Shown piece by piece: positions 49,401 through 60,270 of a DNA stretch of 64,000 bases; positions within the stretch are counted from its first letter, which is position 1; every line of letters starts with the position of its first letter. Source of the stretch: Leucoraja ocellata (lineage: Eukaryota). The notes under the pieces are model-generated. The model saw nothing but the letters and a program-made list of their open reading frames with translations, did no database searches and was not told where the DNA came from. The DNA lies in the NCBI GenBank assembly GCA_036785375.1, contig JAWMAR010000463.1, forward strand, positions 868,001 to 932,000, in the 5' to 3' direction. A program made the translations under genes and the position numbers.

Positions 49401-52400
49401 ACAATTTAACTCTATCTACAGTTACCCATCTGAGTTTCCACATCATACCTGTATCTTGGCTCCTTTATAGCGAATCACCCCTGGTACCGTGGTCAAAGTA
49501 GTAAACTCATAGGCCGCAACTTCAGAATACACTCCTGCCAGATTACTTAGTAATGTAGATTTTCCAACAGAAGGGAAACCCACAAACCCAATCCGGGCAT
49601 CCCCAGTCTTGGCAACATCAAACCCTAGCACCAACAAGAGATATAGAGGAAAAACAATCATCAATAAATTCACACTGGCATAATATTTAGTGAATATTAT
49701 AAAAGCACTTTTTTTTTAAATTTGGCATATGCAATTTGGCTAATCACCTGTCCTTGACATTCAATTACATTATTGCAAAGTACCATGCTATCAACACCTC
49801 ATGGTCACCAATAACCAGAAAATTAACAGACTAGCCATGCATTTACTGTGGCTACTAGAGGGTTAGATGCTGGGTAACCTGCAGCAAGTGACTCGCCTTC
49901 TGACGCCAAAGCCATGAATTATCCACAAGAAACAGGTCAGAAGCATAATGAAATACACCTGCATCAGTGCAGCATTCACAACAGTCAAGAACCATAACAC
50001 CATCCAGGACAAAGCAACTAAACTGATTGACACCTTATCCTGCCTAAAAAAATAATTCCACAATCATAGTGCAAGTGACTGCAAGGTGTACCAGCTTCAA
50101 TGTGCTCTTTAGTTACTTGGCTAAGCTGCTCTGACTGCATCTCCAAACTCTCAACCGCTACCACTAAAAAAGGAGAATGTTTTCATAGGAACAGTTGCAC
50201 CTGTAGAATCCCTTCTAAGGCACATTGCCTCCTGACTCGGAAATATATTGCCGTTCCTTCTTCATCACTGGCTCTAAATCTTGGAACCTAAATCAACTGC
50301 ACCAAGTGTATCTTCACCCGAAGGACTGTTGTGATTCGAGGTGGACGCTCACCACCACCTTCTCAATAGCAATTAGGCAATAAATGCAGGCTTTATCAAC
50401 AGTATCCAGATGCTTAAAAAATGAATAATCACATAGAAATATTAATGTTTACAAACACACCATCCTGGATCCAACGGAACACCTTTCTGTGGTACCTTCG
50501 CCACTGACATTATCAATGTTATTCCAATTACACTATAATGTTTCCTATTTCCAGCACTAATTCCATAATCACCTCATGCCTTTGCTTAAAAACTTATATT
50601 TACCGATGTATTATACTTATATATTCCAGCTGCCAGTATGCAGCTACTCCCAGGGTACGTTCTGGGCTTGAAGATCTGTTGCAAGTTCCGGGGAGCCACG
50701 TGCATGATGGGAGTGTCCTGGGGGAGCAGGCCCGATCCACCCGCCGAACAACCGCGCCGCCGATGACCCGAACGTGCCCCGGTAGGCCCAACGCGCCCCA
50801 CAGGACTTCCAGGGGACTGCAGAGAAGCCGGACGGCGAGGCCTGTCTGGGCCGAAGGAGCCTCAGCGGTGATGGGAGCCTCGGCGGCAGCGGGAGCCTCG
50901 CGATCAGTGGTCGATGAGCACGAGGGGGGGGAGGGAAGACAATGGGGACCCGGCGTGAGGGGGACCGCTGTGAGAGAACAGACCCAGTGTGGGGCGGGGG
51001 ACTCTAGTTTTAGAACCCTCTGCCCAGGGGATAAGTCTCTGTGTGTTTGTTTGTTTGTTCCGGTTAAGGCGCTGTGCACACGGCAGCCAGCCAGCCAACA
51101 GTCTTTTTTCTCACTTTTAATTTAATTTTAATTTCACGTTTTCATATACCTTGTGTGTTGTGACTGTTGGCAGACCAATTTCCCTCCAGGGATGAATAAA
51201 GTTTTATTGTATCGTATCATAAGTTCAGCACATGTTTGTTAATGGGCCTTTCACACGCCAGCATTGAAACAGCAACCCCATTCACTTTAATAGAGATTCC
51301 TAACCTCAAACACTTTCTCAATTATATTTTATTTGAATGTTTTAATTAATTTCAAAAATTTTAATGTGCTTCAACAACTATGTTTTAAAAAATTCCAAGT
51401 AAACCATTTGAAGCAATGTTAATATATCCATGGCATTTGAAAAGTGATACGAAACTCATTACATTGTGCCACATGTGAAGGGTCTGATCATTCAGCAAAG
51501 TCATGGCCAGCTTGATCCAATCAATTTATTTTCTTCATAAGGTGAACATAAGAGACTGCAGATATTGGAATCAAGAGCAAAAATATAAACTGCTGGGTGA
51601 AGCAGTATTGGTGGTGGCAAAGAGATGATCGATGTTTCAGGGGGTGTCTTGTGAAATATCAACTATCACATGCTGCTTAATGTGCCGTGTTCTTCCTGTT
51701 TTTTATATTTTAGTTAGTCTCCTTTATCACTGCCCTTGCAGAGGCGAACTGGCTCACTCAACTCCAACAAATGGATTACAAGATCCCCGCCTTGCCTTTG
51801 ACTACCTGCAGGGTCCCATTCCACCTCATACGATCATTAACGTCTAGTCCACTATTTGTCATAGATCCAGCAAACACTATACCGCTATCATCGCTGTATT
51901 TACTATTTTTAAAAATACTTCCCAACACCATTCTCTCTAATTAGAGTATCCTGCTCATCCTGCAAAGCATGGAGATTAGTACTTTGAACAATACATAACA
52001 GCTTTGAAAGCATTCATCTTCACACATCTGGGCAAAATCAATATTGTGGCTATCCCAAATTTCAACAAATAAGACAGCAAATAACATTCGTCATTTTAGA
52101 CATTCTAATACAAATCCAGTACCTTCACCAGGTCCTCCTCCACCTCCTCCTTTGGGAGTGATAAGTTCTCGGCGTAGTTTGGCCAGACGGGCTTTCAACA
52201 GACCCAAGTGGTGAGCCGTTGCTTTGTTTTTCTGTGTCCTGGCCATCTGATCAAAAAACCAAGGAAGAGGTTTATAGAACCATTGCATGGTATTGTGTGT
52301 TTATAGTTACCAATATATCCCGACACAGATCAATAATGATGGCTGTACAGTCATTACTACTGACACTGAAAATACTTGGATAACTACAAGTCAATGCCAT

Positions 52401-54737
52401 CCAACAGAAAGATCACCATCATATCCTAAGTTCCCAACCTGGGGTAAATTTACCCCCAGGGGGTAAATTTCACCTACCCAGGGGGTATATTTGTTGAGTC
52501 TGGATTTGTTAAAAAAAACAGTAATTTAAAATTTACCCTTGGTCGGTTGCTTTATTATGGCAGAAGTGTAAACGCAAATTACTGAACAAAACGGGGTGGG
52601 GGTAAATTTACTTTCGAACGGTTGCCTGGGGTAAACGGGACGAAGAAGGTTGGAAACCCCTGTCCTAAGGGGAACTGAATTGTTTATTGGAGTTGTCAAG
52701 CACCACTGAGCAAAGGATGATTTGAAGGTTTAAAATCTCCAAATTGTAAAGACTATACAATTGAGTTAACACAGTCATGCCAGACAAATACAAAAAACCC
52801 TCTGAAAAAGTTGCTCCTCAGGTTCCGATTAAGTCTTTCCCCTCTCACCTTAAACCTGAGCCCTCTAGTTCTCGATTCCCTTCCCTAGGTAAAAGACTCA
52901 TGTATAATTAATCAAAGTGGATGAACAGTAATTTCTGCCATATCAACAACTTCACAAATAGATCAAGATGCACCATTTACTTGACACTTCTGAGTGAAGG
53001 TCGTTGCAAATATTTTTGCGTCGATCTTTGCACTTACCAGCTGGGCATTATCTTTGAGGATGGAGATCTCCTCCTCTGTTGGCTGCGTAATTGTCTCAAT
53101 TGATCGCAAATTAATTTGACAATTCAAGAGCATCTATTCCTTCAGTTAATGGGATTGGTTTTCTGGCTATAGTATGATTCCATTGCTTAATCAAAAAGTA
53201 GTTCTGCATTGCAGTTTCACATTTATCGTATTGTATCTAAAACCCTTTTCTACGCTTCCTTCTGAATATGTCCCGTCAAATTATATGTTGTGGTTGAATC
53301 CAATTGTGCTACATTTGATGGGGAAAAAGCCTCATCTATTGATCTGCTGGTTTTTTATTGTTTGCATTGTTCAGTAGAGTACCAGTGAAGATTTGTGTTC
53401 AATGAAGACAATAAAATTATTGACACACTCCTAATAAAACATCATCAACAGGTATTACTGCAACTGGTGGACTGGCTAGGAGATGGACTACCTCCCTCAT
53501 ATTTCTTTTCTTCCCCTATGCCTTAGGCCTAATCAGACAGTTATGCCCCTCAAGTATCAGAAGCTACTTCAGTGGTGAATTATGGGATCCCACTACCATA
53601 CCCACCTACACCAATAACATTGAGTAGATTCAACTCAATTGTGATTCTTCCATTTGGCATTCAACAGCATAGAAATTACACTTCAACTGAGGAAGTGTAG
53701 AAAACTTGCTCGCTATTGGAACCCAATGAGTTATCTCCCCAGAATGCATGCCATCAACTTCTACATCTGTTCTCTTAGCAAAACATGGCATACCCAGGAA
53801 CTACAGTGGAAGAATCTTGGTGAAAGGAAGGGGTTTGAGTGTATGATTCTATCCAACTCTCATTTGATTAGATAACAGGACAGTTATGTCAATTTTGAGG
53901 CAAAGCTCCAGATACTAGTGAGTCAAATGGATTCATCCAGCTTCAATGTATGCAGGACTCGGATCAAGGCAATGGGGTTCTAAGTTTTGAGATTTTTATA
54001 GTTTGATCACAGTCGCTTGTTCGACCATTTCAGGGAACATGAAGCATATTGCTACAACTCTGAAGTCATCAAGGATGGATCTTCTACGTCATCAGCAGTG
54101 ACAGAAAAATTCCATTCATAAAGCGAAATCAACTTTACACCTCCAAACACCGTCTATAAGATTACACGAAATGTACAACATTTATTGCTCATTATTCTAT
54201 GTTCGCTCTTCTGGGGAGATGCTAACTGTATTTCGTTGTCTCTGTACTGTACACTGCACAATGACAATAAAGTTTTAATCTGAATCTGAAACATAGCACA
54301 AGAGCAACAAGTGCCATGGGATCGAGAATAACTGATCGTCATCACTTGGAAAAAGGCCACTGTGCCACACGTCACTGGTTTAAAACACAGTGAAAGTCGA
54401 TGAGTTACGAAACAAAATCTCTGAACAGGAGACACATGTCAACACCGATAACGCGTGTTCATCAAAGTAGCCGCGGTTGAAGTGACCGGGAAGCCCGGGC
54501 CCTCGGTACACCCACGTGAGAATCAGGGTCCATGGGAGGGGAGGGAGAACTAGGCGTCAGCGAGGAGCAGCGCGGACCCGCAACTGGGCCAAGGCTCCGG
54601 TGGGTAGATTGATCACTGCTGATCTTTTTGTCGGTACGGAGAGGGGAGAGGAGAATGGGGCAACCTTGACCTGCCCGGCTTGCTCTGCTTCTCGTTACCT
54701 CGGCCTCGATCTCCGATATTTTCAGTAGGATGCTCAT
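43325..54737 (-). CDS. DRG1: Developmentally regulated GTP-binding protein 1 (OBG-family GTPase with TGS domain), complete, 9 exons, 366 aa
   Basis: Exons 54737-54699, 52246-52123, 49624-49449, 48882-48813, 48158-47989, 46923-46793, 43928-43761, 43666-43544, 43424-43325 give 1101 nt. All introns are GT-AG. G1 GFPSVGKS, G2 YEFTT, G3 DLPG, G4 NKID. N-terminal [22 protein letters not shown] and C-terminal [10 protein letters not shown] are DRG1-type. Confidence 0.97.
43544..43666 (-). CDS. DRG1: DRG1 exon 8 [17 protein letters not shown]...IKEFK (TGS domain)
   Basis: AG/GT bounded, 123 nt. Confidence 0.95.
43761..43928 (-). CDS. DRG1: DRG1 exon 7 [14 protein letters not shown]...WDYLQLVR
   Basis: AG/GT bounded, 168 nt, G4 NKID. 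Confidence 0.95.
44919..45950 (+). mobile_element. 5'-truncated Penelope-like retroelement (GIY-YIG endonuclease) in DRG1 intron 6, 9-bp TSD
   Basis: ORF 45384-45710 [28 protein letters not shown]...PVAQHFN...[11 protein letters not shown]...GMNVEF; upstream C-x2-C linker; TSD TGAGATCAA at 44910-44918 and 45951-45959. Confidence 0.9.
45821..45848 (+). ncRNA. Minimal type-I hammerhead-ribozyme-like motif in the PLE 3' terminal region (core G12 mutated)
   Basis: CTGAAGA-A-GGG ttttgg CCC-aAAAC-GTT. Copies with intact GAAAC lie on the minus strand at 37512-37539 and 57285-57312. Confidence 0.55.
46793..46923 (-). CDS. DRG1: DRG1 exon 6 [24 protein letters not shown]...VVEGN
   Basis: AG/GT bounded, 131 nt. 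Confidence 0.95.
47989..48158 (-). CDS. DRG1: DRG1 exon 5 [16 protein letters not shown]...GGINLTST
   Basis: AG/GT bounded, 170 nt. Confidence 0.96.
48813..48882 (-). CDS. DRG1: DRG1 exon 4 [23 protein letters not shown]
   Basis: AG/GT bounded, 70 nt. Confidence 0.96.
49449..49624 (-). CDS. DRG1: DRG1 exon 3 (G1/G2 motifs)
   Basis: [23 protein letters not shown]...YKGAKIQ, 176 nt. Confidence 0.96.
50650..51220 (+). mobile_element. GC-rich unclassified repeat ending in a LINE-like 3' tail, in DRG1 intron 2
   Basis: CpG-rich block in an AT-rich intron; ends accaatttccctccagggatgaataaagtt...tatcgtatc. Confidence 0.45.
52123..52246 (-). CDS. DRG1: DRG1 exon 2 [41 protein letters not shown]
   Basis: AG/GT bounded, 124 nt. 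Confidence 0.96.
52431..52662. mobile_element. Small hAT-like MITE
   Basis: Ends ttcccaacct / aggttggaaacccctg; flanking TCCTAAG duplication; internal ggggtaaattt repeats. Confidence 0.6.
54699..54737 (-). CDS. DRG1: DRG1 exon 1 [13 protein letters not shown]
   Basis: Kozak gccacgATGa; donor gtaacg; lies in a CpG island. Confidence 0.92.
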
Positions 54738-55014
54738 CGTGGCGATGTGCTGCCCGCGGGCCCGGCCACCGCCGCTGCCCTACGCTCGGCCCGATGCCTC
54801 CCTCAGCGAGGGGCTTGCCGCTTGCCGCTTGCCACCCGCCGGCTATCGCCGCCGTACACTGGGCCCGGTTTCTCCGTTAGCGTGGGCCCACTACCCGCCA
54901 GCCAGCCACCACCGCAAAGCTCGCGAGATCAGTCGTTCAACCAGAGTCGTCGGCGCGGGGAGGCGGGAGTTAGTCTGCGCATGCGCCTTCCCGCCGTTGT
55001 TGCTCAGCGACGCC

Positions 55015-55085
55015 CGACCAAAGCCTCTTAAAGGGAGGGGCGACCAAAGCCTCTTAAAGGGATGGGCGTCCAAAGCCTCTTGAAG
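55015..55085. repeat. 26-bp tandem repeat (about 2.7 copies) in the DRG1 promoter
   Basis: cgaccaaagcctcttaaaggga(g/t)ggg units start at 55015, 55041, 55067. Confidence 0.85.
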
Positions 55086-55779
55086 TGACTCACTCAACGT
55101 CGGCCAAGCGGGGTAGAGCTCCCTCATGCATTAAGTGTAGTTTTTAAACTTAGTATCTACAGACAAGAGACTAAGCAAAATTTTGGGGGCTCGTTAGTAT
55201 GTCGCTTCAAAGGTCATTGTGGAAAATAAAAGCTCACGGTGAAGGAGATAACGTATTGGCGAGGATAGGTGAGAGTTGGCTGACAGGAATGAGAGAGCCG
55301 GTTTACACAGGTCCTTTTTTCTTGTTGACAAGATTTTCTGTCCAGGCTGGAGGGTATCTTTGCTTCCATTCTGGTTTGTATGTTCTGAGGTGACCAATGA
55401 AGTCTCACTGTTTCACAGATGGGGCAGAAGGTATTGTTACCGGTTAATTATTGTCATGTGTATCGAGATACAGTGAAAAGCTTTATGTACTATCTAGTCA
55501 AATCATACTACCTAAGAGTACAATCAACCCATAGGCAAGTACAATAGGTAGGGAAAAGATAACAAATATCAGCATGCAGAATGTACATCCGTCTAAAAAA
55601 TTAGTTGAATCACGGGCTGATTTTGCTGTTTTTTTCATATGATGAATTTCTATGTCCACTATTTGTTCTTGTATTGTGCGGAAACCCTATAAATCTCTCT
55701 GAAAAAAGTTTCTGGTCATTTTTCAATATCCATGTATTAATTTCTAGTGATTTCTGTGAAGTATGCCTTCAGGTGTATA

Positions 55780-56480
55780 TGAAAAAACAATTTCCAACTG
55801 CTGTGCTGAAGAAGAAATGATCACAGTGGTCCTTAAAATATAAAGATTGGGGAGTGGAGAAAGGTGTTATTCTGAGACAAAAGCATTTAATTCAGGGCCA
55901 TGTTAGTCGACATGTTCGGAGAGTCAGTGAGAAAATGCCAAATTAACCAAATCATCAAAAACCTGAAAAGATAATCTTCCGGGGTTGTTTCATCTTCTAC
56001 AGTGTTGGTCCACTGCACCCATTTGATTAAATGATGAAACCCCTACAATATATCGAAGTATTGCAGAGAAGAGTGGTGCTAGAGACAGCAAAGACTTTTC
56101 CAGATGACTATGGGATATTCCAGCAAGACCTGACACATCAATGGTGTTTTTCTAGTTTTTCTAGCAGAAGGGGATAGAAAAACTGGGTCACCATCATTGA
56201 CGTGTATGGTCTTGCTGGAATATCCTATATACATCTGGAAAAGTCTTTGCTATCTCTAGCACTACTCTTCTCTTGGACTGGTCCAGTAACTCATCTGACC
56301 TGAATTTGATTCAGAATCTGTGATCAATTATCAAAGAGAGACTGAAAGGAAAGAACGGTACTACAAGCTCATCAAGACCATAATTTAGCTGTTGTGTTGA
56401 AATGAAAAAATCCTTGGAAACTCATCAGTTCCATGCCAAATCATGTCAAAGACTTGACAAAGAACTGTAATTGACATATA
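55780..56480 (+). mobile_element. Highly decayed Tc1-like transposase fragment with internal inversion
   Basis: Remnants resembling FQQD (ttccagcaagac) and W..NSSDLNLIQNL (NSPDLNPIENL-like). Confidence 0.55.
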
Positions 56481-57369
56481 ATGTACTAAAGACATAATGG
56501 TGTAATGATAATAAATAAAAGGTAGCTCTGCAACATGTATACTGACTTGTTATATTGTCAAGCATATACTCGGTGATTCAATTAATGTGCATAATAGACA
56601 ATAGGTGCAGGAGTAGGCCATTCGGCCCTTTGAGGATGTAGTGTTGCAGCATTATCGCAATACAGCTGCAGAGAAAGCATAGATAAAACAAAAGTGCAAC
56701 AAGGTAGATACTAGATCAGGACTACACCCTTAGCTTATGAGAGTAGAACAGTAACAGGAGCAGACCCTTCAGCACAAAATGTCTGTACCATGGCTGAAGA
56801 TGTGGGCTGTTTGTGAGGTGGTGAACTTTTTCTTTCCTCAATATAGGGTATGTGCATACTCCCCATGCATGGAGTCAAAGTCCTCAAGACGTAAGGATTG
56901 CTGCATCATAGAGATGGGTGCTTCTGCCTGTGAGTTTTACAATTTGTATAAATAACTTGGATGAAGCACCAAAGTATGGTTGCTAAATTTGCTGATATTG
57001 AAAAGATAGGTAGAAAGTAAGTTATGTAATGGTCATGAAGATTTGGCAAATGGATTATAAAGTGAAATTGATTTTTTTTTGGCAGGAAATGTATATTATC
57101 TAAATATTGAACATATATAGAACTGTGATTTTTTGAGTGAAAAAGGCACACATGCAGGTAATTATGAAATCTAACACAATGTTATTCTTTATTGTGAGGG
57201 AAGTTAAATACAAAAGTTATGAGGAGCTACAAAAAGCTGGAGTAACTCAACGTCAGACAGCATCTCTGGAGAAAAGAAATATGTGATGTTTCGGCTTGAG
57301 ACCCTTCTTCAGACTTTCTGTCCTAGGCCTCCTCCATTGTCAGTCATCGACTCTTTGGCTCACCAAGTC

Positions 57370-58646
57370 TGGTTCCATTGATTATCCTTAAGATGTTTCT
57401 ACAACTTGATTGGAGTCCACCAGTGGTAAATTAAATAGATTGTACATGATTTGGAAAGGCACACTCCTGTCTATATAAGGTCCCGCAGTTGACAGTGCAT
57501 GTCAGAGCAAAAATCAAGCCATGAAGACAAAGGAATTGTCTGCAATTTCTGCAGCAGTGCAGGTCCCAAAGAGCACAATGGTCTCCCTCATTCTAAAATG
57601 GAAGACCTTTGAAACCACCAGGATTCTTCATAGAGCTGACCGCCCAGCCAAACTGAGCAATCGGGGGAGAAGGGCCTTGGTCAGGGAGATGACAGCTGCA
57701 GAGTTCCTCTATGGAGATGGGAGAACCTTCCAGAAGGACAACTATATCTGCAGCACTCCACCAATCAGGCCTTTATGGTAGAGTGGCCAGACAGAAGTCA
57801 CTCCTCAGTAAAAGGCACATGACAGCCCACGTGAAGTTTGCCAAAAAGCACCTAAACAAGAATATCTGGTCTGATGAAACCAAGAGTGAACTCTTTGATT
57901 GAATGCCAAGTGTCATGTCTGGAGGAAACCAGGCACCATTCATCACCTGGCCAATACCATACCTACGGTGAAGCATGGTGGTGGCAGCATCATGCTGTGG
58001 GGATGTTTTTTCAGCAGCAGGAACTGGGAGACTAGTCAAGATCGAGGGAATGATGAAAGGAGCAAAGTACAGAGAGATTATTGATGAAAACCTGCTCCAG
58101 AGCGTTCAGGACCTCAGACTGGAGCAGAGGCTCACCTTCCAACGGGACAACGACCCTAAGCACACAGCCAACACGACGCAGGAGTGGCTTCACGACAAGT
58201 CTATGAATGTCCTTGAGTGGCCCAGCCAGAGCCCTGACTTGAACCCGATCAAATATCTCTGGAGGGACCTGAAAATAGCTGTGCATCGACACTCCCCATC
58301 TAACCTGACAGAGTTTGAGGATCAGCAGAGGAGAATGGGAGAAATTACCCAAATACTGGGGTGCCAAGTTTGTAGCGTCATACCCAAGAAGACTTGAAGC
58401 TGTAATCTCTGCCAAAGCCGCCTCAGCAAAGTACAAGGTCTGAATACTTATGTAAATGTATATTTCATTCATTTATTTTTAACTACCTTGCAAAAATTTC
58501 TAAACACCTGTTTTTGCTTTTGTATTATGGGGTATTGTGTGTAGATTGATGACAAAAAATAAAAAAAAGAATCAATTTTAGAATAAGCTGTAACGTAACA
58601 AAATGTGGAAAAGGTGAAGGAGTCTGAATATTTTCTGAATGCAATG
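57370..58646 (+). mobile_element. Tc1-family transposon, frameshifted DD34E transposase, right TIR retained
   Basis: [39 protein letters not shown]; terminus ...gtctgaatattttctgaatgcaatg|TA. Confidence 0.9.
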
Positions 58647-59624
58647 TATATGTAGAAGGACACCAGTCTATGGATGTAAATAGGAACATACGCAATATAA
58701 TTGCAGAATTAACAAAAAAAAACTTCATTTGGACATTGTTAATCAGAGATATTTTAAACTACAAACATTGTACTTGCTTAATAGCGTAATAGCTTAATAC
58801 GTAAACTTTTCTTTATAAAAATAAAATTCTGCATTTTCTGAACATTCTGTGAAAGCGAACTTTTGCAAAGTGTAACATAAAATTATTGACTTTATTTTCC
58901 CTCTGACAAAAGCAAGCGTACATGAGTAGGTCCAAAAAATAATTTCCCTGAAACACATGAGTTTTAAAAACAATTTGTAGATATTGTAGCATTTTACTGT
59001 AAGATGTTTTCTAAACTAAAATATAAGTCACAGAGAACAAATCACTTTTCAGGGTGTCAGAAATGCTTAGCTGTTTGTGATAGGGGATAACTTTGGTCCG
59101 CACTATTTGCAGTGTGACTTATTGAATTGTTCATTTGTTTGTGCATCCTCTGTATAAACATATACTTTTTGGTCAAATAGTTGTCCGATTTTTAAAATTC
59201 GGAAAAGGAAAAATAGAGCAGGAGAAAAACGAGTGTGCTGTCATTTTTGAAACATTATCGAGATTTTCCTGGAAAGTCATGACGAGTTTTTGTTTTGGCG
59301 AGGAGGTGGCTGTCAAGAAATAAATGTTTTCATATGTTTGAAGAAAACATAAACTTAAGTTCATGACTTTCCAGACTTTATATTGAGTGAAAAAGATGCC
59401 ACTGAGATATATTTTACATGTATATATGTATGATTAACATCCAAGAATAATCAGACCTTCTCCTTTGTTCTTCGACCGCATTCTATTTTATACTTATCGT
59501 GCTCTATGGAAACATGCCCCCCTCCCAGCCTTTTGTCAGTACGAAGCTCCCCTTTCCTTTCCTGAAAACTTCTTTCAATGAAAAGAATGCAGTCATGCTA
59601 CCATGCTGAGAATGTGATCCCCTC

Positions 59625-60270
59625 CCACCGCCCCCGAATAAGTGCCCCCGGCTACCACTGCTCCTGAATAAGTGTCCCCCCGCTCCTACAGTTTCTGAAT
59701 AAGTGTCCCCGGCTCCCACTGTTCCTGAATGTGTCCCTCGCTTGCATTGCTCCTGAACCAATGTTTCCTGGACCATTAGCAACAAGGAACTACAGATGCT
59801 GGTTCACAAAAAAATTACACAAATCTCTGGTCTTTGTTCCAACCATCTGCCTATCAATCGCCGCCTCTGCCCCCCCCCCCCCCCCCCCTCCCCCCGTCTG
59901 CCTACCTTTGTCTGTTAAGTTTTGGGTCCTGACCCAAAACATCACCTATTAATATTCTCCGGGGATGCTGCCCGACCCACTGAGTTACTCCAGCACTTTG
60001 TGTCCTCTCCTAAACCAGTGTTTCAAGAAGGGTCTCTCGATCCAAAACATCACCCATTCCTTTTCTCCAGAGATACTGCCTATCCCACTGAGTTACTACA
60101 GCTTTTTGTGTCTATCTTCCACTCCCACTGACCTGCACCATAGTCCCCTACTACCACTGCTTCTGAACCAGTGTCACCCGCTCCCACTGCTCCTGAACCC
60201 ATGAGCCTGCTCCCACTGCTGTTGAATCGCTGTCTCTTGCTCCCACTGCTCTTGGACAAGTGAGCCCCAA
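59625..60270. repeat. Degenerate ~30-bp minisatellite (tcctgaataagtgtccccggctcccactgc) interrupted by PLE-derived insertions
   Basis: Units visible at 59630-59760 and 60120-60265. Confidence 0.65.

Larger units (their letters stand above)
54450..55120. promoter_or_regulatory. CpG-island promoter of DRG1 with NRF1-type (TGCGCATGCGC, 54976-54986) and CGCG-element-like (CTCGCGAGA, 54920-54928) motifs
   Basis: Sharp GC/CpG enrichment around exon 1; motifs read directly from the sequence. Confidence 0.75.

Noticed and set aside
50538-51125. 195-aa and 159-aa overlapping ORFs in DRG1 intron 2
   Set aside because: They arise from a GC-rich repeat with few stop codons; no homology motif or splice context.
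54462-55127. Several ORFs over the DRG1 CpG island
   Set aside because: Only the first 13 codons (54737-54699) are DRG1 exon 1; the rest is read-through in GC-rich DNA.
78-59895. Many 15-27 nt poly-C/poly-G runs (giving poly-Pro/Gly in the ORF track)
   Set aside because: Simple homopolymers, mostly in or next to repeats; lengths are also error-prone in sequencing.
59625-60270. Regularly spaced ~30-bp repeats resembling a CRISPR array
   Set aside because: Units are tandem and degenerate with no unique spacers, there are no cas genes, and the context is vertebrate. It is a minisatellite.
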